DNA of 64,000 nucleotides from Deltaproteobacteria bacterium (GTDB taxonomy: Bacteria > Desulfobacterota > Desulfomonilia > UBA1062): assembly GCA_018433775.1 (NCBI GenBank), contig JAHDQN010000057.1, positions 66,121 to 130,120 of the forward strand, read 5' to 3'. The notes under the pieces are model-generated. The model had not been told where the DNA came from. It saw only the letters and a list, made by a program, of their open reading frames with translations, and did no database searches. The stretch's first letter is position 1. Each line of letters opens with the position of its first letter. This document shows positions 35,698 through 45,144 of this stretch, in pieces. The position numbers were made by a program, and so were the translations under genes.

Positions 35698-38129
35698 GTG
35701 CACATGTGGTCGATGTACGGTCCCTGCCGGTTCTTCCCGAGCTGGCCGACCATGTCATCAGGATGGCGCTGGAAGATGATATGTCCGTTGCCAGGGTCTC
35801 GGCCCTCATCGAGAAGGATCAGGCCCTGACGGCACGGATACTCTCCCTGGCCAACTCCAGCTACTACAAGCGCTCCCGGAGCATCTACACGGTGCGCGAC
35901 GCCGTGGTGGTCATCGGGTTCGACGCGGTGCGCACCGTGTCCCTGGGGGTCTCCGTGCTGGACATGTTTCCCACGGTCAAGGGCACGAGCCTCGACCTCA
36001 AGTCGTTCTGGCGGCACTCCATGGCGTGCGCGTTCTATGCCGAGGCCATGATGGGGGTGGTGAACAGTCGCAATGTTGCGAAGGCCTTTTGCGCAGGTCT
36101 GCTTCACGATATCGGCAAGCTGGTGCTCGATCGCACGAGACCCCGGGAATACGCCGCGGTGCTGGAAGAGGCCGCGAAGGGAACCATGTCTCTGTCCGAG
36201 GTGGAAAAGGAGATGCTCGGCACCACCCATGCCGACGTGGGGCGCGAGGTCATCGCCCACTGGAGGTTGCCCCGGCTGTACGAAGAGAGCGTCTGGTCCC
36301 ACCATGCCCCGGTCCAGATTCTGGACGAGGAGCAGTATCAGCTCTCGGGCATTCTCCACATCGCCAACATCCTGGCCCACATGACATCTGCGGGGGCGTC
36401 CGGGAACCGCTTTCCCCAGAAGCTGACGAACCCTCTCCTGAAGAGGTTCGGTCTGAGCGCGGATATCCTGGATTCACTGATGGAGAAGGTACCCGGGCAG
36501 ATAGACGCCATATGCGAGGAGATCGGCATCGGCAGGCCGGTCGAAGGGCTGTTCGGCATCGTGAACACCGCGAACACGAGGCTTACGGATATCTCTTTGG
36601 AGCTTAAGCGGCACGCCGACGAGGCCCGGGAGGCCAAACAGAACGCGGATGTCCTCATCGGGCTCCTGGGCGAGCTCAACGATTCGACCCGGATATCCGA
36701 CGCCCTCGAGAAGGCGTCCGGCTCGCTGCAGGACGCCGGTATTATCCGGAGCTTTCTGGGGGGCCTCAAGGCGGGCGGGTACTACCTGGTCTACGAAGCC
36801 ACCCCGGAGCGCAGCTCCCGCTTCATCCGGGTGAAGGACGAAGAGCTCAAGGCAATGATATTCTCCCGCCAGTCCCTGGTGGGCACGATGCTCCCCAACG
36901 GGGTGTTCGTGTATTACGAGCCGGCAGCCGGCGAGGCCGGAGAGGATCATTCGTTCATGTCCGCCGTGGTCGGAGCCATCTCGTCGTCGCTCAGGCGCAT
37001 TCATATGGAGAGCAGCATGGCCGAAGGAGAAGACAGTTTACGAAAAGCGCTGAAGGGCTCCGCGGATGACAAGCAGAAGGCAGAGGATGCCTTAAGCCTC
37101 AACCAGGAGCTCATGGATGCCTCGCCGTACGGCCTGTGCCTCCTGGACGAGAACAAACGGGTGAGGCTCGAGAATGAGAGTTCCCGCGAGATCCGCCGGG
37201 CCCTGGGCATTGCCGGAGACGATCTGCTTGCCGCCCTGCCGGGAGATTCCCGCGAGGAATGCCGGGAGCTTCACGCCGCCGTCGAGTCAGGGCGCGAAGC
37301 TGCCCTGATCTGGCACGACCGCACCCGTTCCTTCAGGGTCGAAACCAAACCGGTGAAGATCAACAACTGGCTGCTCATCGTGTTCTGTGATATCACGAGC
37401 GAGCTGGAGGAAGAGCGCCGGAAGGTCGCCTACGCCAGGATGACCACTGTGGGCAACCTGGCCGCCTCCATGGCGCACAACATGAAGAGCCCCCTGGGTG
37501 CGATCCACGGGTTCGGCAGTATCATCAAGGACGACCTGAGCCAGGGAAGGCTCCATGTGCTCCGCAACGGGCAGGATGACGAGGATTTCAAGGACATGAT
37601 CTCCAACATCATCACCGGCTCGGAGAACCTGCTCAAGATCGTGAATCAGCTGCTGAGCTTCACGAGAAAATGGGAGAGCCCCGAAGGGGAGATCGATATC
37701 GAGGGTTTCGTGGACGGGATCTTCCAGATCGTCTCGTCTCAGGCCAACTCCGCGGGGGTGAAGCTCGCCCGGGAGATCGAGGTAGACACCGCCCGCACCA
37801 GGGCGGAAGCGCTCGAACAGGTGCTCATCAACCTCCTGATCAATGCCGTGAAGGCATCGTCCCAGGGCGCTCGGGTTGTCCTGAAGGTGTCGCTCAAAGA
37901 CGGCGGGGTCGAGTTCGCCGTGACCGACTTCGGCATCGGCATGGACCAGGACCAGGTCGTGAAGGTTTTCGATCCGCTCTATACGGCATGGCCCGTAAAG
38001 ACAGGGATGGGGCTGGGGCTTTCCCTTGCAAAGGATATCGTCGATTCCATGGGCGGCCGCATCGACGTCACCTCCTCGCCGGGGAAGGGTTCGACATTTT
38101 CGGTGTGGATACCGGAAGGTAAGGGATGA
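35694..38129 (+). CDS. Sensor histidine kinase with an N-terminal HDOD domain.
   Basis: 811 aa. HDOD domain (LPELADHVIRMALEDDMSVARVSALIEKDQALTARILSLANSSYY...AGLLHDIGKLVL). C-terminal HisKA (ASMAHNMKSPLGAI) and HATPase_c (GMGLGLSLAKDIVDSMGGRIDVTSSPGKGSTFSVWIP). ATGA overlap with the radical-SAM stop. Confidence 0.8.
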   Translation: MSAHVVDVRSLPVLPELADHVIRMALEDDMSVARVSALIEKDQALTARILSLANSSYYKRSRSIYTVRDAVVVIGFDAVRTVSLGVSVLDMFPTVKGTSLDLKSFWRHSMACAFYAEAMMGVVNSRNVAKAFCAGLLHDIGKLVLDRTRPREYAAVLEEAAKGTMSLSEVEKEMLGTTHADVGREVIAHWRLPRLYEESVWSHHAPVQILDEEQYQLSGILHIANILAHMTSAGASGNRFPQKLTNPLLKRFGLSADILDSLMEKVPGQIDAICEEIGIGRPVEGLFGIVNTANTRLTDISLELKRHADEAREAKQNADVLIGLLGELNDSTRISDALEKASGSLQDAGIIRSFLGGLKAGGYYLVYEATPERSSRFIRVKDEELKAMIFSRQSLVGTMLPNGVFVYYEPAAGEAGEDHSFMSAVVGAISSSLRRIHMESSMAEGEDSLRKALKGSADDKQKAEDALSLNQELMDASPYGLCLLDENKRVRLENESSREIRRALGIAGDDLLAALPGDSREECRELHAAVESGREAALIWHDRTRSFRVETKPVKINNWLLIVFCDITSELEEERRKVAYARMTTVGNLAASMAHNMKSPLGAIHGFGSIIKDDLSQGRLHVLRNGQDDEDFKDMISNIITGSENLLKIVNQLLSFTRKWESPEGEIDIEGFVDGIFQIVSSQANSAGVKLAREIEVDTARTRAEALEQVLINLLINAVKASSQGARVVLKVSLKDGGVEFAVTDFGIGMDQDQVVKVFDPLYTAWPVKTGMGLGLSLAKDIVDSMGGRIDVTSSPGKGSTFSVWIPEGKG

Positions 38130-40873
38130 CCATGACGCAGAAGATCTTGGTGGTCGAGGATGACCCGGTTTTCAGGAATTATCTGCACCAGGTGCTCAAA
38201 TACGACTTTGACGTGGTGACGGCGGAGGGGCCGCTGGAGGCGTTAAAGGCCCTGGAGAAGGACTCGTTCGCACTCATGATCACCGATCTGAGGATGCCGG
38301 ACATGGACGGCAGGGCCCTGGTGGAAAAGGTCCGCGCGGAGATCGACCCGCACCTCATGGTGATCGTCATCACCGCCTTCGAAGACGACTGGCCCATGGA
38401 CATGGCCATGTCGTCCGACGTGTTCCGGTATCTGCGCAAGGGCGCATTCCTTCCCAGCGAGCTCAAGCAGAATGTGTCCAAGGCCCTCGAGATGCGGGGC
38501 TCAATCGTGTCTCTCGAAGAGTACAAGAGGCGCGCGGACATATCCGAGACCATCTACAAAGACGTGTTTGAAAAGTCCACCGACGCCCTGTTCATCACCG
38601 ACATCGATTTGCAGCCCGTGGTCCTGAACCGGCGTTTCACCGAGCTCAGCGGGTACACCCTGGACGATCTCAAGGGCAGGACCCTCTTCGACATCATCGA
38701 CGAACGGGATCGTTCGGCCGCCGTCAGTGCGTTCAACGCCCAGATCGCCGGGAAGCCGCCGGGGACGGTCCGGCTGCATTTCCTGAGAAAGGACGGAAGC
38801 AGCAGGTATGTGCGGGTTTGGGCCCGGGTGGTCCGGGAGGTCCAGGACATGTCCAGCGCGGTCTTCTGCATGGCCCGGGACATGGGCGATGCGCAGGACG
38901 AGCGGAGCGCGGACAGCCCGTCCGTCGAGAAGCTCCAGGAAAGCCTTGCCGGGAAGGACCGGCAGATCGAGAACCTCCAGAGGCAGTTCCAGCGCCTCAC
39001 CGATCACGCCAAGGATATCGTCATCTGGCTGGGCAGAGATTTCGCCTGCGAGTACGTGAACCAGGAGGTGAGCAGGACGCTCGGGTACCCCCCGGACGAG
39101 CTTCTGGGAAAGCAGGTGCCCTGGGAAGAGATCCTACACCAGGAGGATCTTCCCCTGGTCGATGCGTGGCGGGAGGCGACCGGGAAAAGGGCCGCGGACA
39201 TGGAAGGGGAGATCCGGGTCTACACCAAGTCGCGCTACATGCTCTTTCTCTCGTACCGCATCTCGTTCCAGTACGATGCCCACGGGATCTTCAGCGGCCT
39301 GGACATCATCGCCGAGGACATCACCCAGCAGAAGATCGCCGAGCAGGAGCTCCGCAGTGCAAACCGGAAGATCCAGGAGTTCAACGCCAGGCTCACTGAC
39401 GGGGTAAGCAGAAAGATCAAGGCGTTGAGAGAGTCGGAGGAACGGTACAAGCAGATCGTCGAGGACTCCGGCGACATCATCTTCTCCCTCGATAGCGAGG
39501 CGCGCCTGGTATACATGAACCGGATAGGGCTCGAGACCCTGGGCGTGACCCTGGAAGACATTTTCCAGAGGCCCTGCCGGGAGTTCATGGCCGACGAGGC
39601 ATCCGAAGACATGCTCCGGAAAATGATCGGGCTCATCGGAAACGGCAAGGGTCCCGGTCCCTTCGATATCTCTATCGAGACCCCGGAGGGCAGGAAGATC
39701 TACCGGACCACCCTCACCCAGATCGGGGACCACTCGCGGGTCGAATACGTCTGCATCGCTGGCGACATCAGCGAGGAGATCGCCACGAACAAGAGACTCC
39801 AGCTTCTGGCCACTATCGAGCACTACAGCGCGGATGCCATTGTCGGCCTGGACACCGACCGGAAGGTCATATCATGGAATCAAGGCGCCGCCATGATGTT
39901 CGGGTGGTCTGAGGAAGAGGTGGTGGGCAAGCCGGGCCTGTTCGTCGTCCCGGACGAGAGGATAAAGGAATCGGACGAGATCTTTGACGAGGTGTGCCGC
40001 AACGGGCTGGTGAAGGACCGGGAAACCCGGCTGAAGACCAAGAGCGGCCGGATTCTTGATGTGCTGCTGACCATTACCGCGCTCAAGGATGCCTCGGGAG
40101 ACATCTTCGGGTTCTCGGCCATCATCAAGGACCTCACCGAGAAAAAGAAGATGGAGTCGGCCCTCATTCAGTCCGAGCGTCTGGCAGCGACAGGCAAGCT
40201 CTCCGCGAGCATCGCCCACGAGATCAACAACCCGCTCTACGGCATCCGCAGCTGCCTGAACCATGTGCTCAACACCCGGAAGGATGGGATCGACCACCAG
40301 TTCGTGAGGCTCGCCATCAAAGAGACCGACCGGATTGCCGACCTCATCAGGAACATGAAGACCTTCTACATGCCCAACGAGGGCGGGGTGCAGAAGGTGG
40401 ACATCAGCGAATCGCTGCGCGATGTGTTCATCCTCAACAGAAAATATCTCGAGGAGCACTCGGTGAAGTTGAAGTTTGCACCGGACGGCGCATATTATGT
40501 TGAGTGTATTCCGGATCAGATCAAGCAGGTCTTCATCAACATCATCAACAACGCCGTGGAGGCGATGCCGGACGGTGGAGAGCTTCGGGTGGATATAAAA
40601 AACGATGCAGACACCGGAACGGTCGGCATCTCGTTCGAAGACAACGGGGTGGGCATTGCCAGCGATGAGCTGCCCCGGGTGTTCGAGATGTTCTATACCA
40701 GGAAGACCATGGTCAAAGGCGTGGGCCTGGGACTCTCCGTGAGTTACGGCATCGTCAAGCGCCACGGCGGGATCATCGATGTGAAGAGCGAGGTGGGGAA
40801 GGGCTCCACGTTCACGGTCACCTTGCCGGTCAAGACCCTGTGGGCACGGCAGATGCATCTCGATCTTGAATGA
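38126..40873 (+). CDS. Hybrid response regulator / sensor histidine kinase: N-terminal REC domain, three or four PAS domains, HisKA and HATPase_c.
   Basis: 915 aa. REC (KILVVEDDPVFRNYL...ALMITDLRMPDMDG). PAS blocks. HisKA (SASIAHEINNPLYGI). HATPase_c (GVGLGLSVSYGIVKRHGGIIDVKSEVGKGSTFTVTLP). ATGA overlap with the preceding kinase. Confidence 0.85.
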   Translation: MTMTQKILVVEDDPVFRNYLHQVLKYDFDVVTAEGPLEALKALEKDSFALMITDLRMPDMDGRALVEKVRAEIDPHLMVIVITAFEDDWPMDMAMSSDVFRYLRKGAFLPSELKQNVSKALEMRGSIVSLEEYKRRADISETIYKDVFEKSTDALFITDIDLQPVVLNRRFTELSGYTLDDLKGRTLFDIIDERDRSAAVSAFNAQIAGKPPGTVRLHFLRKDGSSRYVRVWARVVREVQDMSSAVFCMARDMGDAQDERSADSPSVEKLQESLAGKDRQIENLQRQFQRLTDHAKDIVIWLGRDFACEYVNQEVSRTLGYPPDELLGKQVPWEEILHQEDLPLVDAWREATGKRAADMEGEIRVYTKSRYMLFLSYRISFQYDAHGIFSGLDIIAEDITQQKIAEQELRSANRKIQEFNARLTDGVSRKIKALRESEERYKQIVEDSGDIIFSLDSEARLVYMNRIGLETLGVTLEDIFQRPCREFMADEASEDMLRKMIGLIGNGKGPGPFDISIETPEGRKIYRTTLTQIGDHSRVEYVCIAGDISEEIATNKRLQLLATIEHYSADAIVGLDTDRKVISWNQGAAMMFGWSEEEVVGKPGLFVVPDERIKESDEIFDEVCRNGLVKDRETRLKTKSGRILDVLLTITALKDASGDIFGFSAIIKDLTEKKKMESALIQSERLAATGKLSASIAHEINNPLYGIRSCLNHVLNTRKDGIDHQFVRLAIKETDRIADLIRNMKTFYMPNEGGVQKVDISESLRDVFILNRKYLEEHSVKLKFAPDGAYYVECIPDQIKQVFINIINNAVEAMPDGGELRVDIKNDADTGTVGISFEDNGVGIASDELPRVFEMFYTRKTMVKGVGLGLSVSYGIVKRHGGIIDVKSEVGKGSTFTVTLPVKTLWARQMHLDLE

Positions 40874-41762
40874 TATGGAACATACCGACGTCGTCCGATC
40901 AGGCTTCATTGCGATCGTGGGAAGGCCCAATGTTGGGAAGTCCACCTTCCTGAACCGGGTCATCGGCTCCAAGATCTCCATTACGGCCAGCAGGCCCCAG
41001 ACCACCAGAGACCGTATCTTAGGGATCTACGACACCGAGGACGCCCAGATCATCTTTCTGGATACCCCGGGCATCCATGAGGCCGGGAAGGCCCTGAACC
41101 AGTATATGGTCGAGAAGGCACTGAGTACGCTCTCCGATGCGGACATCGCCATGGTCATGGCAAGCCCTGAGGAGACCGCCGAGAAGCTCTCCCGGGTGAT
41201 GGCCCACGTCGGCACGTCGGGAAAGGATGCGGTGCTCGTCCTGAACAAGGCCGATCTGATTTCTGAGGAAGAGCGGGAGAGGAGGCTCGGCCTGCTCGGC
41301 TCCGTGGGGGCGTTCAGGAGCGCGTACGCGGTTTCCTCCCTCACCGGCGACGGCGTCACTGAGCTGTTGGCCGGGCTCAAGAGCCTGCTGCCGGAAGGGC
41401 CCAGGTTCTTCCCCGACGACATGATCACGGACGCAAACCTGCGGTTTCTCTGCCAGGAGCTCGTCCGCGAGAAGGTGTTCGCCCTGACGGGCAAGGAGAT
41501 CCCCTATGCAACTGCCGTGGAGGTGGAGGAGTTCCGGGAAGGAGAGCCCACCTATATCAGTGCCGCCATTCATGTGGAACGGCCGTCCCAGAAGGGCATC
41601 GTGATCGGCGCGGGCGGAAAGATGTTGAAAGAGATCGGAAAACAGGCGAGAATGGACATCCAGAGGCTGCTGGGCACCCGGGTGTTTCTCGAACTGTTCG
41701 TGAAGGTGACCAAGGACTGGACCAGGAAGCCCGCGCGCCTCAAGGAACTGGGATACAAGTAA
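40866..41762 (+). CDS. era: GTPase Era.
   Basis: G1 GRPNVGKST, G3 DTPG, G4 NKAD; C-terminal KH domain. Confidence 0.95.
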   Translation: MNDMEHTDVVRSGFIAIVGRPNVGKSTFLNRVIGSKISITASRPQTTRDRILGIYDTEDAQIIFLDTPGIHEAGKALNQYMVEKALSTLSDADIAMVMASPEETAEKLSRVMAHVGTSGKDAVLVLNKADLISEEERERRLGLLGSVGAFRSAYAVSSLTGDGVTELLAGLKSLLPEGPRFFPDDMITDANLRFLCQELVREKVFALTGKEIPYATAVEVEEFREGEPTYISAAIHVERPSQKGIVIGAGGKMLKEIGKQARMDIQRLLGTRVFLELFVKVTKDWTRKPARLKELGYK

Positions 41763-43072
41763 TGCCGGTTGTCGCCATTGTCGGAAGACCCAATGTGGGG
41801 AAGTCCACCCTGTTCAACGACCTGGTGGGACAGAACCGGGCCATCGTGGGGCCCCAGCGGGGGATCACCCGGGACCGGATCTACGGCAGACTGTCTCTGG
41901 ACGTCGGCATCGAGGCCGACCTCGTGGACACCGGGGGGTTCGACACCACGGGCGAAGGGGATTTCTCCCGGCACATGTTCGAACAGACCATGCTGGCGAT
42001 CCAAGAATCCGACCTCATCGTGTGTATGTTCGATGTACTCTCCGAACTGACCGCCGACGACCGCGAGCTGGTGCGCATCCTGAGGGAATCCCCGGTGCCG
42101 GTGGTCTATGTCGCCAACAAGGTGGACGACCCGCACGGGAGCGCGGCCTCGGCCGTGCTCTATGAGCTCGGCCTCCAGGACTTCATTGAGATATCGGCGC
42201 GGAAGAAGACCGGGCTCAAGCTCTTGAAAGAACGGATCGGACAGGTCGTGCAGGCCCTGCCCGTCACAGACCTGGAGCACGAGACCGATGCCATAAGGGT
42301 GAGCATTCTCGGGCGTCCCAACGTGGGCAAGTCGCTGCTGCTCAACCGGATCATCGGGGAGAACCGGGCCATTGTCTCGCCCGTGGCCGGCACCACCAGG
42401 GATTATGTCGATATCCGGGTGGGCCACGGGGGAAGGGACTATGTGTTCGTGGACACGGCCGGCATCAGGCGGAAATCGCGCATCCAGGACATGCTGGAAC
42501 GGGAGAGCGTGTTCCGTTCGCTCAAGAACGTCAACCTCTCGCACGTCTGCCTGCTGCTCATCGACCCGGCCGAGGGCGTGACCGAGCAGGACAAACGCAT
42601 CAGCAGCATCATGGCCGAGCACGGCAGGGCCTTCGTGGTGGTGGTCAACAAGAGCGACCTCCTTGAGGCCGGCAGGCGTACCGAGGTCAGGGAGGCGGTC
42701 CACTATTCCCTGAAGTTCATCCCCGATGTCAAAGTCGTGTTCGTCTCCGCACTCACCGGCAAAAACGTGCAGAGGATGTATCCGCTCATCGACGAGCTCT
42801 TCACCAAGACCACCACCCAGGTCACCACCGGGCGCCTCAACCGGGTTCTCGCGGATGTCACGGAGTCGTACACCCCGCCCGTGGTCAAGGGCAGACAGGT
42901 CAAGTTCTTCTACGCCAACCAGGTGGGGACGGTGCCGCCGGAGTTCCGGATCGTCACGAACTTTCCCGATTCCATCCAGCCCAGCTATCACCGCTATCTC
43001 GTCCGCTCCTTCAAAAAAGCGCTTTCACTCGAGGGCATACCCGTCAAGCTCAGGTTCGTGCCCAAATCGTGA
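41762..43072 (+). CDS. der: Ribosome-associated GTPase Der/EngA (tandem GTPase domains + KH-like C-terminus).
   Basis: Two P-loops (GRPNVGKSTLFN and GRPNVGKSLLLN), two NKxD motifs (NKVD, NKSD). Start overlaps the era stop (TAATG). Confidence 0.95.
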   Translation: MPVVAIVGRPNVGKSTLFNDLVGQNRAIVGPQRGITRDRIYGRLSLDVGIEADLVDTGGFDTTGEGDFSRHMFEQTMLAIQESDLIVCMFDVLSELTADDRELVRILRESPVPVVYVANKVDDPHGSAASAVLYELGLQDFIEISARKKTGLKLLKERIGQVVQALPVTDLEHETDAIRVSILGRPNVGKSLLLNRIIGENRAIVSPVAGTTRDYVDIRVGHGGRDYVFVDTAGIRRKSRIQDMLERESVFRSLKNVNLSHVCLLLIDPAEGVTEQDKRISSIMAEHGRAFVVVVNKSDLLEAGRRTEVREAVHYSLKFIPDVKVVFVSALTGKNVQRMYPLIDELFTKTTTQVTTGRLNRVLADVTESYTPPVVKGRQVKFFYANQVGTVPPEFRIVTNFPDSIQPSYHRYLVRSFKKALSLEGIPVKLRFVPKS

Positions 43073-43486
43073 GAAGGGGTCCGTCCGCTTAAGCAGTTTC
43101 GCGGAAACGGGCAGGTCTCGCAAGCTCTCCCCTTTTTTTGTCCGTGAGAAGAAAGATGCAGGGGGACATCGGTTTGACTACTGCCGGCAGAACGGGTTCT
43201 CGCGGAAGCATGAGGGAAAATCACCTGTCCCGCCCCGCCCTGAGGATGGATTCTCCAATTCCCCTCGTCCTTCTGTAAGGTTGGGATAATTTATTCATTT
43301 TTGTGGTTGACAGGGCCGGGCTTGTATGTTTCTATAAAAAGAAACATGATGATCGCTCGCAGAAAGGGATGCGGTCTCCGGCGTGCCATCGCCGGTCTTC
43401 CTTCTCGCACAAGGAGGGGAAGCGGAGATCACGGGAGCCTGAGGGTTCTTCCCCTCTGCACACGATAACTTACAAGGAGGTTTCCC

Positions 43487-44875
43487 ATGAACACCAAGAT
43501 TTTATTGAATGAAGACGAGATTCCCCGCCAGTGGTACAATCTCGCGGCGGATCTGCCCACTCCCATGCAGCCGCCCCTGGGCCCGGACGGGAATCCCGTG
43601 AAGCCCGAGGATCTCGCCCCGATCTTCCCCATGAACCTCATCGAGCAGGAAGTGAGCCAGGAGCGCTGGATCGACATCCCGGAGGAGGTCCTGGAGATTC
43701 TCTACCGGTGGCGTCCTTCCCCCCTGCGCCGGGCAGTGCATCTCGAAAAGTTTCTGGGTACCCCGGCCCGGATCTACTACAAGGACGAGGGGGTTTCTCC
43801 TCCCGGGAGCCACAAGCCCAACACCGCCGTTGCCCAGGCATGGTACAACAAGCAGTTCGGCATCAAGAAGATCACCACCGAGACCGGAGCAGGTCAGTGG
43901 GGCAGCGCCCTGGCGTTTGCGTGCAACCTTCTGGGGCTGGAATGCAAGGTGTATATGGTGCGGATCTCCTTCGACCAGAAGCCCTTCCGGAAGCTGATGA
44001 TGAACGTCTGGGGAGCCACGTGCGTGGCAAGCCCCAGTCCGGAAACCCAGGCCGGCCGGGATATCCTGGCAAAGACGCCCGATACCCCGGGGAGCCTCGG
44101 CATTGCCATCAGCGAGGCCATTGAAGAGGCGGTCTCTGACGTGAGCGGCCAGACCCGCTATGCCCTGGGCAGCGTGCTCAATCACGTGATGCTCCACCAG
44201 AGCATCATCGGCCTGGAGGCCAAGAAACAGCTGAGCAAGGCAGGTGAGAAAAAGGTCGACGTGGTCATCGGCTGCGCCGGTGGAGGGAGCAACTTCGCGG
44301 GCCTCGCATTTCCCTTCGTGGCCGACAAGATCAATGGTGCACAGATCGAGATCTATCCGGTAGAGCCCTCCTCCTGTCCCACCCTGACGCGGGCTCCCTT
44401 CACCTATGACCACGGCGACGTGGCAAAGATGACCCCGCTGCTGCCCATGTACACCCTGGGGCACGGCTTTGTTTCTCCTCCTATCCATGCGGGCGGGCTC
44501 CGATACCACGGCATGGCTCCGCTGGTGAGCCAGGCCGTGGTTGAGGGCCTTCTCACCCCCAAGGCCTATGACCAGCTCCACTGCTACCAGAGCGCGCTCA
44601 TCTGGGCCAAGACCGAGGGGTTCATCCCGGCCCCCGAGACCTCGCACGCCATCACCGCGGTCATCGACGAGGCGAACAAGGCCAAGGAGGAAGGCAAGGA
44701 AAAGGTGATCCTGTTCAACTGGAGCGGCCACGGCCTCATGGACCTCGTGGGCTATGCGAACTTCATGGACGGCAGGCTCATAGACTACCCCCTGCCCGAG
44801 CAGGATCTCAAGACCTCGCTCAAGTCGCTGGAGGGTCTGCCCAAGGCCCCCATGGTCAAGTCCGGAAGGTGGTAA
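43487..44875 (+). CDS. trpB: Tryptophan synthase beta-chain-like PLP enzyme, TrpB2 type (stand-alone, no trpA adjacent).
   Basis: 462 aa. Long TrpB2-type N-terminus ([24 protein letters not shown]). PLP-lysine region [15 protein letters not shown] glycine loop. Confidence 0.85.
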   Translation: MNTKILLNEDEIPRQWYNLAADLPTPMQPPLGPDGNPVKPEDLAPIFPMNLIEQEVSQERWIDIPEEVLEILYRWRPSPLRRAVHLEKFLGTPARIYYKDEGVSPPGSHKPNTAVAQAWYNKQFGIKKITTETGAGQWGSALAFACNLLGLECKVYMVRISFDQKPFRKLMMNVWGATCVASPSPETQAGRDILAKTPDTPGSLGIAISEAIEEAVSDVSGQTRYALGSVLNHVMLHQSIIGLEAKKQLSKAGEKKVDVVIGCAGGGSNFAGLAFPFVADKINGAQIEIYPVEPSSCPTLTRAPFTYDHGDVAKMTPLLPMYTLGHGFVSPPIHAGGLRYHGMAPLVSQAVVEGLLTPKAYDQLHCYQSALIWAKTEGFIPAPETSHAITAVIDEANKAKEEGKEKVILFNWSGHGLMDLVGYANFMDGRLIDYPLPEQDLKTSLKSLEGLPKAPMVKSGRW

Positions 44876-45144
44876 TGCAGCAGCACGCGGTGGAATTCGA
44901 CGAACTGAGCACCCGGTGCCCGATGCTGGGGCACCCGGTGCCGTTCTCCTACTGCAGGCAGTGCGGCGGTGCGATTCCCTGCCGGAAGATCGTCGACTGC
45001 TGGTCCGGGAGGATCGATATTCAGGGCTTTCTGTGCAGCAGCTTTTCAGAGGAAGAACTGTCCCGGATCGTCGCTCCCCCCAAGCCCAAGCTGCTCCAGA
45101 TCATCGAGCTGGCCCGGGCGGCCAGGGACAGGAACGGTCAGTAG
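44869..45144 (+). CDS. Small Cys-rich hypothetical protein (possible zinc-ribbon); start overlaps the trpB2 stop.
   Basis: 91 aa with [22 protein letters not shown]...C spacing. No recognised family. Confidence 0.25.
   Translation: MVMQQHAVEFDELSTRCPMLGHPVPFSYCRQCGGAIPCRKIVDCWSGRIDIQGFLCSSFSEEELSRIVAPPKPKLLQIIELARAARDRNGQ

Noticed and set aside
39872-41005. 377-aa minus-strand ORF inside the hybrid histidine kinase gene.
   Set aside because: It is fully antisense to a plus-strand gene with unambiguous REC/PAS/HisKA/HATPase motifs. Its product is Arg/Gly/His/Pro-rich low-complexity, as expected for antisense reading of GC-rich coding DNA.
41570-42991. 473-aa minus-strand ORF antisense to der. 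Also the 409-aa ORF 43502..44731 antisense to trpB2, the 397-aa ORF 19283..20476 opposite the dehydratase/Gfo genes, the 289-aa ORF 33217..34086 opposite surE, and the 315-aa ORF 29423..30370 opposite the BKACE gene.
   Set aside because: In each case the opposite strand encodes a protein with diagnostic family motifs (P-loops, PLP lysine and so on). The antisense products have no motifs and a biased composition. Long stop-free antisense frames are expected at this GC content.
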